A stretch of 64,000 nt of DNA from positions 1,613 through 65,612 of the forward strand of contig DBPV01000004.1 of NCBI GenBank assembly GCA_002304995.1. The letters are read 5' to 3'. The DNA is from Syntrophaceae bacterium UBA1411 (GTDB lineage: Bacteria > Desulfobacterota > Syntrophia > Syntrophales > Smithellaceae). The position numbers and the translations under genes were made by a program. Positions 9,766 to 19,524 of the stretch are shown here, piece after piece (position 1 is the first letter of the stretch; every line of letters begins with the position of its first letter). The notes below the pieces were generated by a model. That model did no database searches. It was not told the DNA's origin and saw only the letters and a program-made list of their open reading frames with translations.

Positions 9766-11145
9766 CTAAAGTACGCTTTGGTACTTTTCCAGCTTCTTGC
9801 GCAGGGTTTTGCGGGTGATGCCCAGGCGGCGGGCCGCTTCGCTTTTGTTGCCGCCGGCCGCGGCCAGCGCCTCCAGAATGCTTCTCTTTTCGACCTCCTC
9901 AAGCGGCAGGGAGAGCGCCCCGGCGGCAACGCCGCCTCCGCTTAGCGCGCCGTCGGCGCACACCGCCGCCTCCGCCATGGGAAACACCAGGTCATCCGCG
10001 TCGATTACCGCGCCGCGCGCCAGCACAACGGCCCGCTCCACGGCGTTCATCAGTTCCCGGATGTTGCCGGGCCAGGAATACTGTCCGAGCTTGACGAGCG
10101 CCCGCGGCGTAAAGCCGGAAAGGGTCCTGGCGTTCCGTTCGGCAAACGTCTTCAGAAACTGCTGCGCCATGAGCGGAATATCTTCGGCCCTGTCCCGCAG
10201 AGGCGGGACGGTCAGCGCCACGACGTTGAGACGGTAAAACAGGTCTTCCCGGAAGCGGCCTTCCCGGATTTCCTTTTTCAGGTCCTTGTTGGAGGCGGCA
10301 ATCACGCGGACATCGATCCGGACGACTTCCGAACCGCCCACGCGCGTGAGTTCCCGCTCCTGAAGCACCCGCAGCAGCTTGACCTGCATGGCGGGAGACA
10401 TTTCGCTCACCTCGTCGAGAAAGAGGCTGCCGGTGTCCGCCTGGACGAACTTGCCTTCCCGCCGGCGGTCCGCGCCGGTAAACGCGCCTTTTTCGTGGCC
10501 GAAGAGCTCCGATTCCAGAAGCGTTTCGGCGAGCGCCGCGCAGTTGATCTTGACAAAGGGCGCGGCCGCACGGCTGCTGTTGGCATGGATGGCGTTGGCG
10601 ATCATTTCCTTGCCCGTGCCGGATTCGCCGGTGATGAGGACGGTCGCCTGCGTCGGCGCGACCTGCTCGACCATTTCCAGAAGCTTCACCATGGCCAGGC
10701 TCTGCCCGATGATGTTCTGACGGTCGAACTTCTCGCCGAGCCGCTGCTTCAGGTATTCGTTTTCTTTTTTCAGCAGCGAATGCTCGGTGGCCCTGGCGAC
10801 AACGATTTGCAGTTCGTCGAAATCCAGCGGCTTGGTCAGATAATCGTACGCGCCTTTTTTCAGCGCGCGGACGGCCGTCTCCACCGACGCGTAGGCGGTC
10901 ATGATGATCACCGGAACAGCCGGCGAAATTTTTCTGATCTGCTCCAGGGCCTCGATGCCCGAAACATTCGCCATCCGGATGTCCATCAGGATCACGTCAT
11001 AAGACCGGCGGCGGGCCTCATCGATCGCCGTCGCGCCGTCGTCCGCCTCGAAAACGGCATATCCCCAGCCGCCGATGAGTTTTTTCAACATCAGCCGGTG
11101 AGCCGCGTCGTCATCCACAATCAAAACGTCTGCTGTGCTTTTCAT
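9766..11145 (-). CDS. sigma-54-dependent response regulator (NtrC/ZraR/AtoC class)
   Basis: 459 aa. REC domain (VDDD...D..MDIRM). AAA+ domain with GESGTGKE Walker A and the GAFTGA sigma-54 contact motif. C-terminal Fis-type HTH (AARRLGITRKTLRKKL). Confidence 0.93.
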   Translation of the reverse strand: MKSTADVLIVDDDAAHRLMLKKLIGGWGYAVFEADDGATAIDEARRRSYDVILMDIRMANVSGIEALEQIRKISPAVPVIIMTAYASVETAVRALKKGAYDYLTKPLDFDELQIVVARATEHSLLKKENEYLKQRLGEKFDRQNIIGQSLAMVKLLEMVEQVAPTQATVLITGESGTGKEMIANAIHANSSRAAAPFVKINCAALAETLLESELFGHEKGAFTGADRRREGKFVQADTGSLFLDEVSEMSPAMQVKLLRVLQERELTRVGGSEVVRIDVRVIAASNKDLKKEIREGRFREDLFYRLNVVALTVPPLRDRAEDIPLMAQQFLKTFAERNARTLSGFTPRALVKLGQYSWPGNIRELMNAVERAVVLARGAVIDADDLVFPMAEAAVCADGALSGGGVAAGALSLPLEEVEKRSILEALAAAGGNKSEAARRLGITRKTLRKKLEKYQSVL

Positions 11146-12827
11146 TTTTCTCCCTGATCGTCGGACATTAAGACAAAACGCAGCGTCACGGTCGTGCCCG
11201 CGCCGCGCGTACTTTCCACGAAAATTCTGCCGCCGTGCGCATCCATGATTTTTTGCACGACGGCCAATCCCAGGCCCGTGCCCGCCGGCTTGGAGGTAAA
11301 GTACGGATCGTAAATCCGCGGCAGGTCCTCCGCGCGGATGCCCTCGCCCGTGTCGGACACCGCCACATCCAGAAAAGAGCCCTGCGCCGCCAGATCGACG
11401 GTGAGCTTGCCTCCGCCCGGCATCGCCGCCAGGGCGTTGAGCAAAAGATTGAGCAGGACCTGCTTGATTTTATCGGGATCGACTTCCACATCGGGCAGCG
11501 GCTCCCGGACCCGCACATCCACGGCCACAGTCTGCTTTGCCGCTTCTGCCTCCACCAGACGGACGGTCTGCCGCGCCAGCTCCGCAAGACAGGTCCGCTC
11601 CTTCTTCAACTGCAACGGGCGGGCAAATTCGATGAGCTGGCTGATCACCCGGTTGAGCCGGTCGGTCTCGGCAATCATGATCTGCGCCGTTTCCTCGTCC
11701 TCGGCGTTGCCGGCCAGCCGCTGCTTGAAATACACGGCAAAGCCCTTGATGGAGCTCAGCGGATTGCGGATTTCATGCGCCACGCCGGCGGCCAGCGATC
11801 CGATGGCGTTCAGGTGGCGGCTGTGCGCGACCTCCCGCTCCATTTCCCGCAGCGCCGTCACATTGCGGGCCAAAAGCATCCGGCCCTCTTGCGCGTCTTC
11901 ATCGGCAAAGGACGTCGCCGCCACTTCCCAGATCTGGTCCGGCCCGTCGGCGGACGAAACGGAGATCTCCTTTTCCACCGGCGCATTTTGCCCCGCAAGC
12001 CCCTCCAGAATCTGCAGAAACGGCCCGCGCAAAACCGCGGCGGCCTTCTTTCCGGTCGCTTCGTCGCAGCCGGAGACGATGAGCGGCCGGGCCGGTTCAT
12101 TGCAGGCGACCACCTCGCCTTCCTTATCCACCGCCAGCAGGGCGATGGGCATGCTTTTTACCAGGGCCTCCGAAAAAACAGTGAGCCTCGACAGGGACAC
12201 CTGCGCCAGGCGGTAGGCCTGCACGAGAAAAAGGGCCACGATGGCGAGCGACCCGATGAGCACCAGCACAATCGCCATCATGACCGTCTGAAGGGCGTCT
12301 TCCCGCGAGGCCTTTTCGATCTTCTCCATGTTGAAACCGACGAAAACCGCCAGCGAATGGCCCTTTCCCGCCAGCGGAGAAAAGCCCCGATAGACTTCAA
12401 ACGTGTCTGCCCCTTCGGGATTGGCGGCCTGACGCCAGCGAAGCTCCCGGCTCGCGGCGATCTTTTGCACGTCCAGATCCAGTCCGTAAGACCGCCCCAG
12501 CATAGTGGGATCGCTGTCGGCCAGAATGTTCCCCTCGCCGTCCGTCACGATCATGTAGTCGATGTCCGGCTGTCTGGCGACTTCCGCAAGCAGGGTCTGA
12601 AAATCGAAAAGCGCTTCCTCATGCCGCAACCGGCAGCTCAGTCCCGCTTCAAACGAGGAAATCAAGGTTGCTCCTTTTTCGATAAAAAGCGTCACCGCCT
12701 GCGTCTTGCGCTGCGAAAACTGCATGACCATCATCAGGCCCAGAATTCCGGCCAGCACGATAATCGCGCTTCCGGCCAGCCAGACGGAAACACGCCGGCG
12801 GGCTTTTGTCTTTTTCTTTTGCTGCAT
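11142..12827 (-). CDS. membrane sensor histidine kinase (ZraS/AtoS-like)
   Basis: 561 aa. N-terminal TM, periplasmic region, second TM. H-box (GVAHEIRNPL). N, G1 and G2 boxes (LLNALAAM, DTGEGI, GTGLGLAV). 4-nt overlap with the downstream regulator gene. Confidence 0.9.
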   Translation of the reverse strand: MQQKKKTKARRRVSVWLAGSAIIVLAGILGLMMVMQFSQRKTQAVTLFIEKGATLISSFEAGLSCRLRHEEALFDFQTLLAEVARQPDIDYMIVTDGEGNILADSDPTMLGRSYGLDLDVQKIAASRELRWRQAANPEGADTFEVYRGFSPLAGKGHSLAVFVGFNMEKIEKASREDALQTVMMAIVLVLIGSLAIVALFLVQAYRLAQVSLSRLTVFSEALVKSMPIALLAVDKEGEVVACNEPARPLIVSGCDEATGKKAAAVLRGPFLQILEGLAGQNAPVEKEISVSSADGPDQIWEVAATSFADEDAQEGRMLLARNVTALREMEREVAHSRHLNAIGSLAAGVAHEIRNPLSSIKGFAVYFKQRLAGNAEDEETAQIMIAETDRLNRVISQLIEFARPLQLKKERTCLAELARQTVRLVEAEAAKQTVAVDVRVREPLPDVEVDPDKIKQVLLNLLLNALAAMPGGGKLTVDLAAQGSFLDVAVSDTGEGIRAEDLPRIYDPYFTSKPAGTGLGLAVVQKIMDAHGGRIFVESTRGAGTTVTLRFVLMSDDQGEK

Positions 12828-12846
12828 GGTTCCTCCTGCACACCCT

Positions 12847-12893
12847 GGATACTAACGAACCATTCGGATACGGAAATTGGATACCAATTATCC
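12847..12893. promoter_or_regulatory. candidate upstream activator sites (repeated GGATAC half-sites) for the sigma-54 regulator
   Basis: GGATAC occurs at 12847, 12866 and 12879. An inverted copy (GGATA-ccaat-TATCC) spans 12879-12893. The sites lie 80-125 bp upstream of the sigma-54 promoter, with an AT-rich tract in between. Confidence 0.4.
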
Positions 12894-12969
12894 GCGCGAT
12901 ACGGGTAAAAGGCAAATCAAATTTCGTAAAATATTTATAAAATTAACGATTCCAGATAATTAACAACAA

Positions 12970-12985
12970 TGGCACAGGCATTGCT
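12970..12985 (+). promoter_or_regulatory. sigma-54 (-24/-12) promoter of the LTXXQ periplasmic protein gene
   Basis: TGGCAC-aggca-TTGCT exactly matches TGGCAC-N5-TTGCW. It lies 48 nt upstream of ATG 13033 and is divergent from the sigma-54 two-component genes. Confidence 0.8.
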
Positions 12986-13032
12986 ATGATAAAAGACAAC
13001 TGATCAGAAATAAATATAGAAGGAGATGTACC

Positions 13033-13527
13033 ATGAAAAAACTGACCTTAACTTTAACAGCCGTTGTGGCAGGCTTGCTTTTAGCGACTTCAGCCTTCGC
13101 CTGGGGCCCCGGTCCCGGCAAGGGGAGAGGCTATTGCCAGGGGGCAGGCCTGGAAAGACTTAATTTGACGGACGATCAAAAAGCGAAAATCGATACGCTG
13201 CAGACGGAGCATGCAAAAGCCGTACAGCCGCTGCGCGAAAAGACATTCGACAAGGCGGTGGAGCTGCGCCGGTTGTGGCAGCAGGCCAACCCCGACAAGG
13301 ACAAGATCACGGCCGCGCAAAAGGAATTGAGAACGCTGCGCAACGAAATGGAAGACAAGGCGACGGCTTACAAGCTGGAAGTCCGCAAGGTCCTGACACC
13401 GGAACAAAATGAAAAACTGGCCGCCTTCGGCTGGGGTCCCCGGTCCGGTTTCGGTCCCCGCGGCGGCATGAGAGGCCCCGGACCGCAGGGAGGCGGACCG
13501 GGCTACGGAATGGGATTTTGCCAATAG
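13033..13527 (+). CDS. periplasmic Spy/CpxP/ZraP-family (LTXXQ) stress protein
   Basis: 164 aa. Signal peptide (..ATSAFA). Two LTxxQ motifs (LTDDQKAKI, LTPEQNEKL). Gly/Pro-rich ends each carry a G(Y/F)CQ motif. Confidence 0.8.
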   Translation: MKKLTLTLTAVVAGLLLATSAFAWGPGPGKGRGYCQGAGLERLNLTDDQKAKIDTLQTEHAKAVQPLREKTFDKAVELRRLWQQANPDKDKITAAQKELRTLRNEMEDKATAYKLEVRKVLTPEQNEKLAAFGWGPRSGFGPRGGMRGPGPQGGGPGYGMGFCQ

Positions 13528-13556
13528 TCAACGAATCAATGCCTCCTTTCAAAAAA

Positions 13557-13585
13557 GGGGGAGCCTCCGGCTCCCTCTTTTTTTT
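13557..13585 (+). terminator. Rho-independent terminator of the LTXXQ gene
   Basis: GGGGGAGCC-tcc-GGCTCCCTC stem followed by T8. Confidence 0.8.
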
Positions 13586-13663
13586 GTAATCAAAAAAACT
13601 TTTGACAACGGCCGCATTTTGCATTAAGGAGAACGACAATTTGTTTTTTAAAGGATAGGTTAC

Positions 13664-13783
13664 ATGTTCAGTTTTACGGCAATCACGATTTCGGCATGCG
13701 CTCTTCTGACCCTGCTTCTGGGCCTCGCCTTGTTGCGCCTGGTCTTAAAGGCCGCCTGCCCGTCGTCTTCAGGTCGTCACTGA
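13664..13783 (+). CDS. putative Leu-rich leader peptide of the leu operon
   Basis: 39-codon ORF MFSFTAITISACALLTLLLGLALLRLVLKAACPSSSGRH*, below the track cutoff. 10 Leu codons fall within a 16-codon stretch. It sits between the upstream terminator and a terminator that precedes leuA. Confidence 0.45.
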   Translation: MFSFTAITISACALLTLLLGLALLRLVLKAACPSSSGRH

Positions 13784-13814
13784 ACGTTAAGCATAACGAA
13801 TCACCTGAAAAAAA

Positions 13815-13850
13815 GGCCGTGGGCAGCAAATCCCACGGCCTTTTTCGTTT
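13815..13850 (+). terminator. intrinsic terminator in the leuA 5' leader (candidate attenuator)
   Basis: GGCCGTGGG-cagcaaat-CCCACGGCC followed by TTTTTcgTTTT. It ends 40 nt before the leuA ATG. Confidence 0.7.
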
Positions 13851-13889
13851 TGGAAAACATTTAGTGAAATACAGACAAAGGAGCCCTTT

Positions 13890-15440
<1,551 letters not shown>

Positions 15441-15507
15441 AAAATAGGTTAATGACAGCGTCTCATTTTAAAATTAAAGCGCTTTGGCCAGTCAAGGAGT
15501 TTACAAC

Positions 15508-16767
15508 GTGGGATATACAATAACGGAAAAGATTTTAATGGCGCATACGGAGCTTAAGGACATCGCGCCCGGACAGCTCATCAACGCCCGGGTCGATATC
15601 GCGCTCGGCAACGACATCACCGCGCCCATCGCGATCCGCGAATTTCGCGCGGCCGGCGGGAAAGAGGTGTTCGACCGGGACCGGGTGGCGCTGGTTCTCG
15701 ATCACTTTACGCCGAACAAGGACATCAATTCCGCCCAGCAGTGCAAAACCGTCCGCGAATTCGCCTTCGAACACGGCATCACACATTTTTACGAAGGCGG
15801 CCAGGTGGGCGTCGAGCACGCGCTTTTGCCTGAAAAAGGCATCGTCCTGCCCGGCGACCTGGTCATCGGCGCGGACAGCCACACCTGCACGTACGGCGCC
15901 CTGGGCGCCTTCGCCACGGGCGTGGGCAGCACGGATCTCGCGGCCGCCATGCTCACCGGCGAGCTGTGGTTCAAGGTGCCGCAGTCGATCAAGTTCGTCA
16001 TTTACGGAAAGCTGCGAAAGTGGGTCTCCGGAAAGGACCTGATTCTGAACATCATCGGACGCATCGGCGTGGACGGCGCCCTGTATCAGGCGATGGAATT
16101 CACCGGAGAAACGGTCGCGGCGCTTCCGATGGCGGATCGCCTGTCCATGGCCAACATGGCCATCGAGGCGGGCGCGAAAAACGGCATTTTCCCGCCCGAC
16201 GCCGTCACCGGGGAATATGTCAGCCCCCGCGCCGGCAGGCCTTACACGCTTTACGCCTCCGATCCCGACGCCGTTTACGCCAGGACCATTGAAATCGACG
16301 CGGGAGCCCTTGAGCCGCAGGTGGCCTTCCCCCATCTGCCCTCCAACGTCCGGGGCGTGAGCGAGGCCGGCCACGTGAAGATCGACCAGTCGCTCATCGG
16401 CTCGTGCACCAACGGCCGGATCGAGGATTTGCGCATCGCCGCCGGAATTTTAAAAAACCGTAAAGCCTCGCCCAGCGTCCGCCTGATCGTCGTTCCGGCA
16501 ACGCCGCTCATTTACCGGCAGGCGATGCACGAAGGGCTGCTCGACATTTTCATGGACGCCAACGCGGTCATCTCGCCGCCCTCCTGCGGCGCGTGCCTGG
16601 GCGGCCATCTGGGCATTCTGGCCGACGGCGAAACGTCCATCGCCACGACCAACCGCAATTTTGTGGGACGCATGGGGCATCCCAACAGTGAAGTGTATCT
16701 GGCCAGCCCCGCCGTGGCCGCGGCATCCGCCGTTTTGGGCCGGATTGCGTCTCCGGAAGAATTATAA
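15508..16767 (+). CDS. leuC: 3-isopropylmalate dehydratase large subunit (type 2, archaeal-like)
   Basis: Aconitase-family motifs (GADSHT, GSCTNGR, CGACLG). I prefer GTG 15508, preceded by AAGGAG at 15494-15499, over the track TTG 15484. Confidence 0.9.
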   Translation: MGYTITEKILMAHTELKDIAPGQLINARVDIALGNDITAPIAIREFRAAGGKEVFDRDRVALVLDHFTPNKDINSAQQCKTVREFAFEHGITHFYEGGQVGVEHALLPEKGIVLPGDLVIGADSHTCTYGALGAFATGVGSTDLAAAMLTGELWFKVPQSIKFVIYGKLRKWVSGKDLILNIIGRIGVDGALYQAMEFTGETVAALPMADRLSMANMAIEAGAKNGIFPPDAVTGEYVSPRAGRPYTLYASDPDAVYARTIEIDAGALEPQVAFPHLPSNVRGVSEAGHVKIDQSLIGSCTNGRIEDLRIAAGILKNRKASPSVRLIVVPATPLIYRQAMHEGLLDIFMDANAVISPPSCGACLGGHLGILADGETSIATTNRNFVGRMGHPNSEVYLASPAVAAASAVLGRIASPEEL

Positions 16768-16787
16768 AAGAAAGAGGAATATCATCC

Positions 16788-17279
16788 ATGATTTTTAAAG
16801 GAAACGTCTGGAAGTTCGGCGACAACATCGATACCGACGCCATCATTCCCGCGCGCTATCTGAACACGTCCGATCCCGCCCAGCTGGCCCGCCACTGCAT
16901 GGAAGACGCGGACCCGGACTTCGTCAACAGGATGAAGCCCGGCGACATCATCGTCGGCGGCGAGAATTTCGGCTGCGGCTCGTCGCGCGAGCATGCGCCG
17001 ATCGCCATCAAGGCCGCCGGCATCTCCTGCGTCGTGGCCAAAAGCTTCGCGCGCATTTTTTACCGCAACGCCTTCAACATGGGTCTGCCGATCTTCGAAT
17101 CCGCCGCGCTTGCCGACGCGATCGCCGACGGCAAGGAAATCGCCATCGACAGCGCCGGGGGAACCATCACGGTTTCCGGCTCCGGCCGGACCTTCACCAT
17201 TAGCCCCATCCCCCCCTTTATGGAACAGCTCATCGCCGACGGGGGGCTGATGCGGCATATCGCCAAAACCAGAAAATGA
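16788..17279 (+). CDS. leuD: 3-isopropylmalate dehydratase small subunit (type 2)
   Basis: 163 aa. The sequence ..[15 protein letters not shown].. and ..[14 protein letters not shown].. is the swivel-domain signature. Confidence 0.92.
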   Translation: MIFKGNVWKFGDNIDTDAIIPARYLNTSDPAQLARHCMEDADPDFVNRMKPGDIIVGGENFGCGSSREHAPIAIKAAGISCVVAKSFARIFYRNAFNMGLPIFESAALADAIADGKEIAIDSAGGTITVSGSGRTFTISPIPPFMEQLIADGGLMRHIAKTRK

Positions 17280-17286
17280 GGAATCC

Positions 17287-18381
17287 ATGACTGCCAAATA
17301 TTATCGCATAGCCGTTTTTGCCGGCGACGGCATCGGCCCGGAAATTATGAAGGAAGCCCTGAAGGTTTTAAAGATCGTCGCCGATCGCTCTGCCGTCGAG
17401 CTGCAGCTGACCCACGGGCTTCTCGGCGGCAGCGCCTACGACGCCTGCGGCACGCCCTTTCCCGAGGAAAGCCTGAATCTCGCCCTGGAAAGCGACGCGG
17501 TTCTGCTGGGCGCCGTGGGCGGACCGAAATGGGAGGGTCTCGACTACAGCGTCCGCCCCGAACGGGCGCTTCTGGGCCTGCGCGAAAAACTGGGCCTCTT
17601 TGCCAACCTGCGGCCGGTGGTCGTTTTCGATGAGCTGGTGGATGCGTCCCCGCTCAAACCGGAGCTGGTGAAAGGCATCGATATTCTTATTCTGCGGGAG
17701 CTGACCGGCGACGTCTATTTCGGCCGGCCCCGCGGCGTGACCCGCGACGCGGAAGGAAAACGCACCGGCGTCAACACGATGATTTACACGGAAGAGGAAA
17801 TCCGCCGCATCGCGGGGCGGGCCTTTGAACTCGCCCGCGGCCGCAGGAAAAAACTGCTGTCGGTGGACAAGGCCAACGTTCTGGAAACCACCGAACTGTG
17901 GCGCAACGTGGTTACGGAAACCGGCCGCGACTATCCCGACGTGGCGCTCGGCCACATGTACGTGGACAACTGCGCCATGCAGCTCGTGCGCCATCCGGCG
18001 CAGTTCGACGTCATCGTGACCACCAACCTGTTCGGTGACATCCTGAGCGACGAGGCGGCCATGCTCACCGGCTCGATCGGCATGCTCCCCTCCGCCTCGC
18101 TGGGCGCGGGCCGGGCGCTCTACGAGCCGATTCACGGTTCGGCGCCGGACATCGCGGGAAAAAACATCGCCAATCCCCTCGCCACGATTTTATCGGTCGC
18201 CATGATGCTGCGGCATTCGCTGGACCTGCCCGACGCGGCAGCCGCCGTGGAAAAAGCGGTCGCGGACGTTTTGAAGGACGGCTGGCGCACCCAGGATATT
18301 CATTCGCCGGGCAGCCGGCTTGTCGGCACGGCGGAAATGGGCGACGCCGTTTTGAAAAAACTCGCCGGGCCGGGCCGCTGA
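17287..18381 (+). CDS. leuB: 3-isopropylmalate dehydrogenase
   Basis: 364 aa. GDGIGPEI, ..[26 protein letters not shown].., and [15 protein letters not shown] motifs. Confidence 0.95.
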   Translation: MTAKYYRIAVFAGDGIGPEIMKEALKVLKIVADRSAVELQLTHGLLGGSAYDACGTPFPEESLNLALESDAVLLGAVGGPKWEGLDYSVRPERALLGLREKLGLFANLRPVVVFDELVDASPLKPELVKGIDILILRELTGDVYFGRPRGVTRDAEGKRTGVNTMIYTEEEIRRIAGRAFELARGRRKKLLSVDKANVLETTELWRNVVTETGRDYPDVALGHMYVDNCAMQLVRHPAQFDVIVTTNLFGDILSDEAAMLTGSIGMLPSASLGAGRALYEPIHGSAPDIAGKNIANPLATILSVAMMLRHSLDLPDAAAAVEKAVADVLKDGWRTQDIHSPGSRLVGTAEMGDAVLKKLAGPGR

Positions 18382-18406
18382 AGAAAAACGCAAAGGAGTC
18401 GGAGCT

Positions 18407-18808
18407 GTGAAAGGAAAAATTCTCGTCGTGGATGATGAAGCATCGGTGCGCGATTTGTTTTCCAACGTTTTCGCCGATGAGGATTACGACGTCATCGCCG
18501 CCGAAGACGGCAAATCGGCGCTGGAAATCCTCAAGCAGGAAGACATCGACGTCATTTTTCTCGACCTCAAGCTCTTCGGCATGAACGGCATCGACCTGTG
18601 CCGCCAGATCCGCGAAAGCAAGCCCGTCTCCATGATTTTCGCGATCACCGGCTGGGCGCCTCTGTTTGAAATCGAGGAATGCCGCGAAGCAGGCTTCGAC
18701 GATTATTTCGAAAAGCCGCTCGACATGGACATCCTGCTCGACGTCGTGGAGGATGCGTTTAAAAAACTGGACCGGTGGAAGAGGCGCTACAGCAATCTTT
18801 CCAGGTAA
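18407..18808 (+). CDS. single-domain response regulator (CheY-like receiver)
   Basis: 133 aa with GTG start. VVDDE...D (phospho-acceptor in IFLDLKL) ...T...K (EKP) receiver pattern. No output domain. Confidence 0.85.
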   Translation: MKGKILVVDDEASVRDLFSNVFADEDYDVIAAEDGKSALEILKQEDIDVIFLDLKLFGMNGIDLCRQIRESKPVSMIFAITGWAPLFEIEECREAGFDDYFEKPLDMDILLDVVEDAFKKLDRWKRRYSNLSR

Positions 18809-18836
18809 CCGCGCCGACAAACGGGGCCGTCCTGCC

Positions 18837-19457
18837 ATGCAAACTGCCGTCACTTTTCTGGACAAGATAACGATTGCCGAGCCCGTCCCCCAAATCTATT
18901 CCCGTCTCGGCTTCCGGAAAAAAAGCACAGAAATCTCTTCCGCGCGCCGGAACGAAACGGACCGGTACATCGGCGAAGCGGCGGCGCTCATCCACCTTGC
19001 GGGAGCGTATCGCCCCTTTTCCATCCTGCAAAACGACGGCCGGATCATTACGCTCGCGGGCGGTGTGTCTTTTTCCAGCGGAAAGCTTGCCGCCTTTGTG
19101 GGCCGGTGCCGCACGGCGCTCTTTCTGGGCGCGACGGCGGGGTCCGCCATCATGGACGCGATCCGGGAAAAAACCGCGCAGGGCGACATGACGCGCGCCG
19201 TGGTTTACGACGCGACCGCGAGCGAAATGGCCGACGCCGCCCTGGACTGGATCATGACCTACGTCAACCGCCAGCTGCTCCGGGAAAGCCGCCGGCTTCT
19301 GCCCCGGCGCTTTTCGGCCGGCTACGCGGACTTCGCCCTGGAAAACCAGAAGATTCTCCACGAACAGCTGCAGATGGAACGGCTGGGCGTGTCGCTGACT
19401 CCCCGCTTTCTTCTGGTGCCGGAAAAATCCGTCACGGCCGTCGGCGCCATTCCCTAA
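18837..19457 (+). CDS. methionine-synthase activation-domain-like protein (stand-alone)
   Basis: This is the real part of track ORF 18666..19457, from ATG 18837 (MQTAVTFLDK...). The C-terminal ...RRFSAGYADFALENQKILHEQL...LGVSLT....LVPEKSVTAVGAI matches my recollection of the B12-dependent MetH reactivation-domain family. Confidence 0.6.
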   Translation: MQTAVTFLDKITIAEPVPQIYSRLGFRKKSTEISSARRNETDRYIGEAAALIHLAGAYRPFSILQNDGRIITLAGGVSFSSGKLAAFVGRCRTALFLGATAGSAIMDAIREKTAQGDMTRAVVYDATASEMADAALDWIMTYVNRQLLRESRRLLPRRFSAGYADFALENQKILHEQLQMERLGVSLTPRFLLVPEKSVTAVGAIP

Positions 19458-19458
19458 A

Positions 19459-19498
19459 AAAAGCAGCGTCCGCCCGCCGCGGTGGCGGGGCCGGACGC
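19459..19498 (-). terminator. terminator between convergent genes (U-tract on the minus strand)
   Basis: GCGTCCG-CCCGCC-gcggt-GGCGGG-gc-CGGACGC hairpin at 19466-19498. A7 precedes it on the plus strand, which is a T-tract after the hairpin for the minus-strand acyl-CoA ligase transcript. Confidence 0.7.
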
Positions 19499-19524
19499 CG
19501 CTTGCGCTGCCGCAACGCGGGCCT

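Noticed and set aside
13590-13889. Possible T-box riboswitch upstream of leuA. From memory, T-box control of leu genes has been reported in some deltaproteobacteria.
   Set aside because: I could not find the conserved T-box sequence (..GGTGGTACCGCG-like 14-mer), an AGAGA/GA-motif stem I or a specifier loop. The leader is short, and it contains a Leu-rich ORF plus terminator instead, so leader-peptide attenuation fits better.
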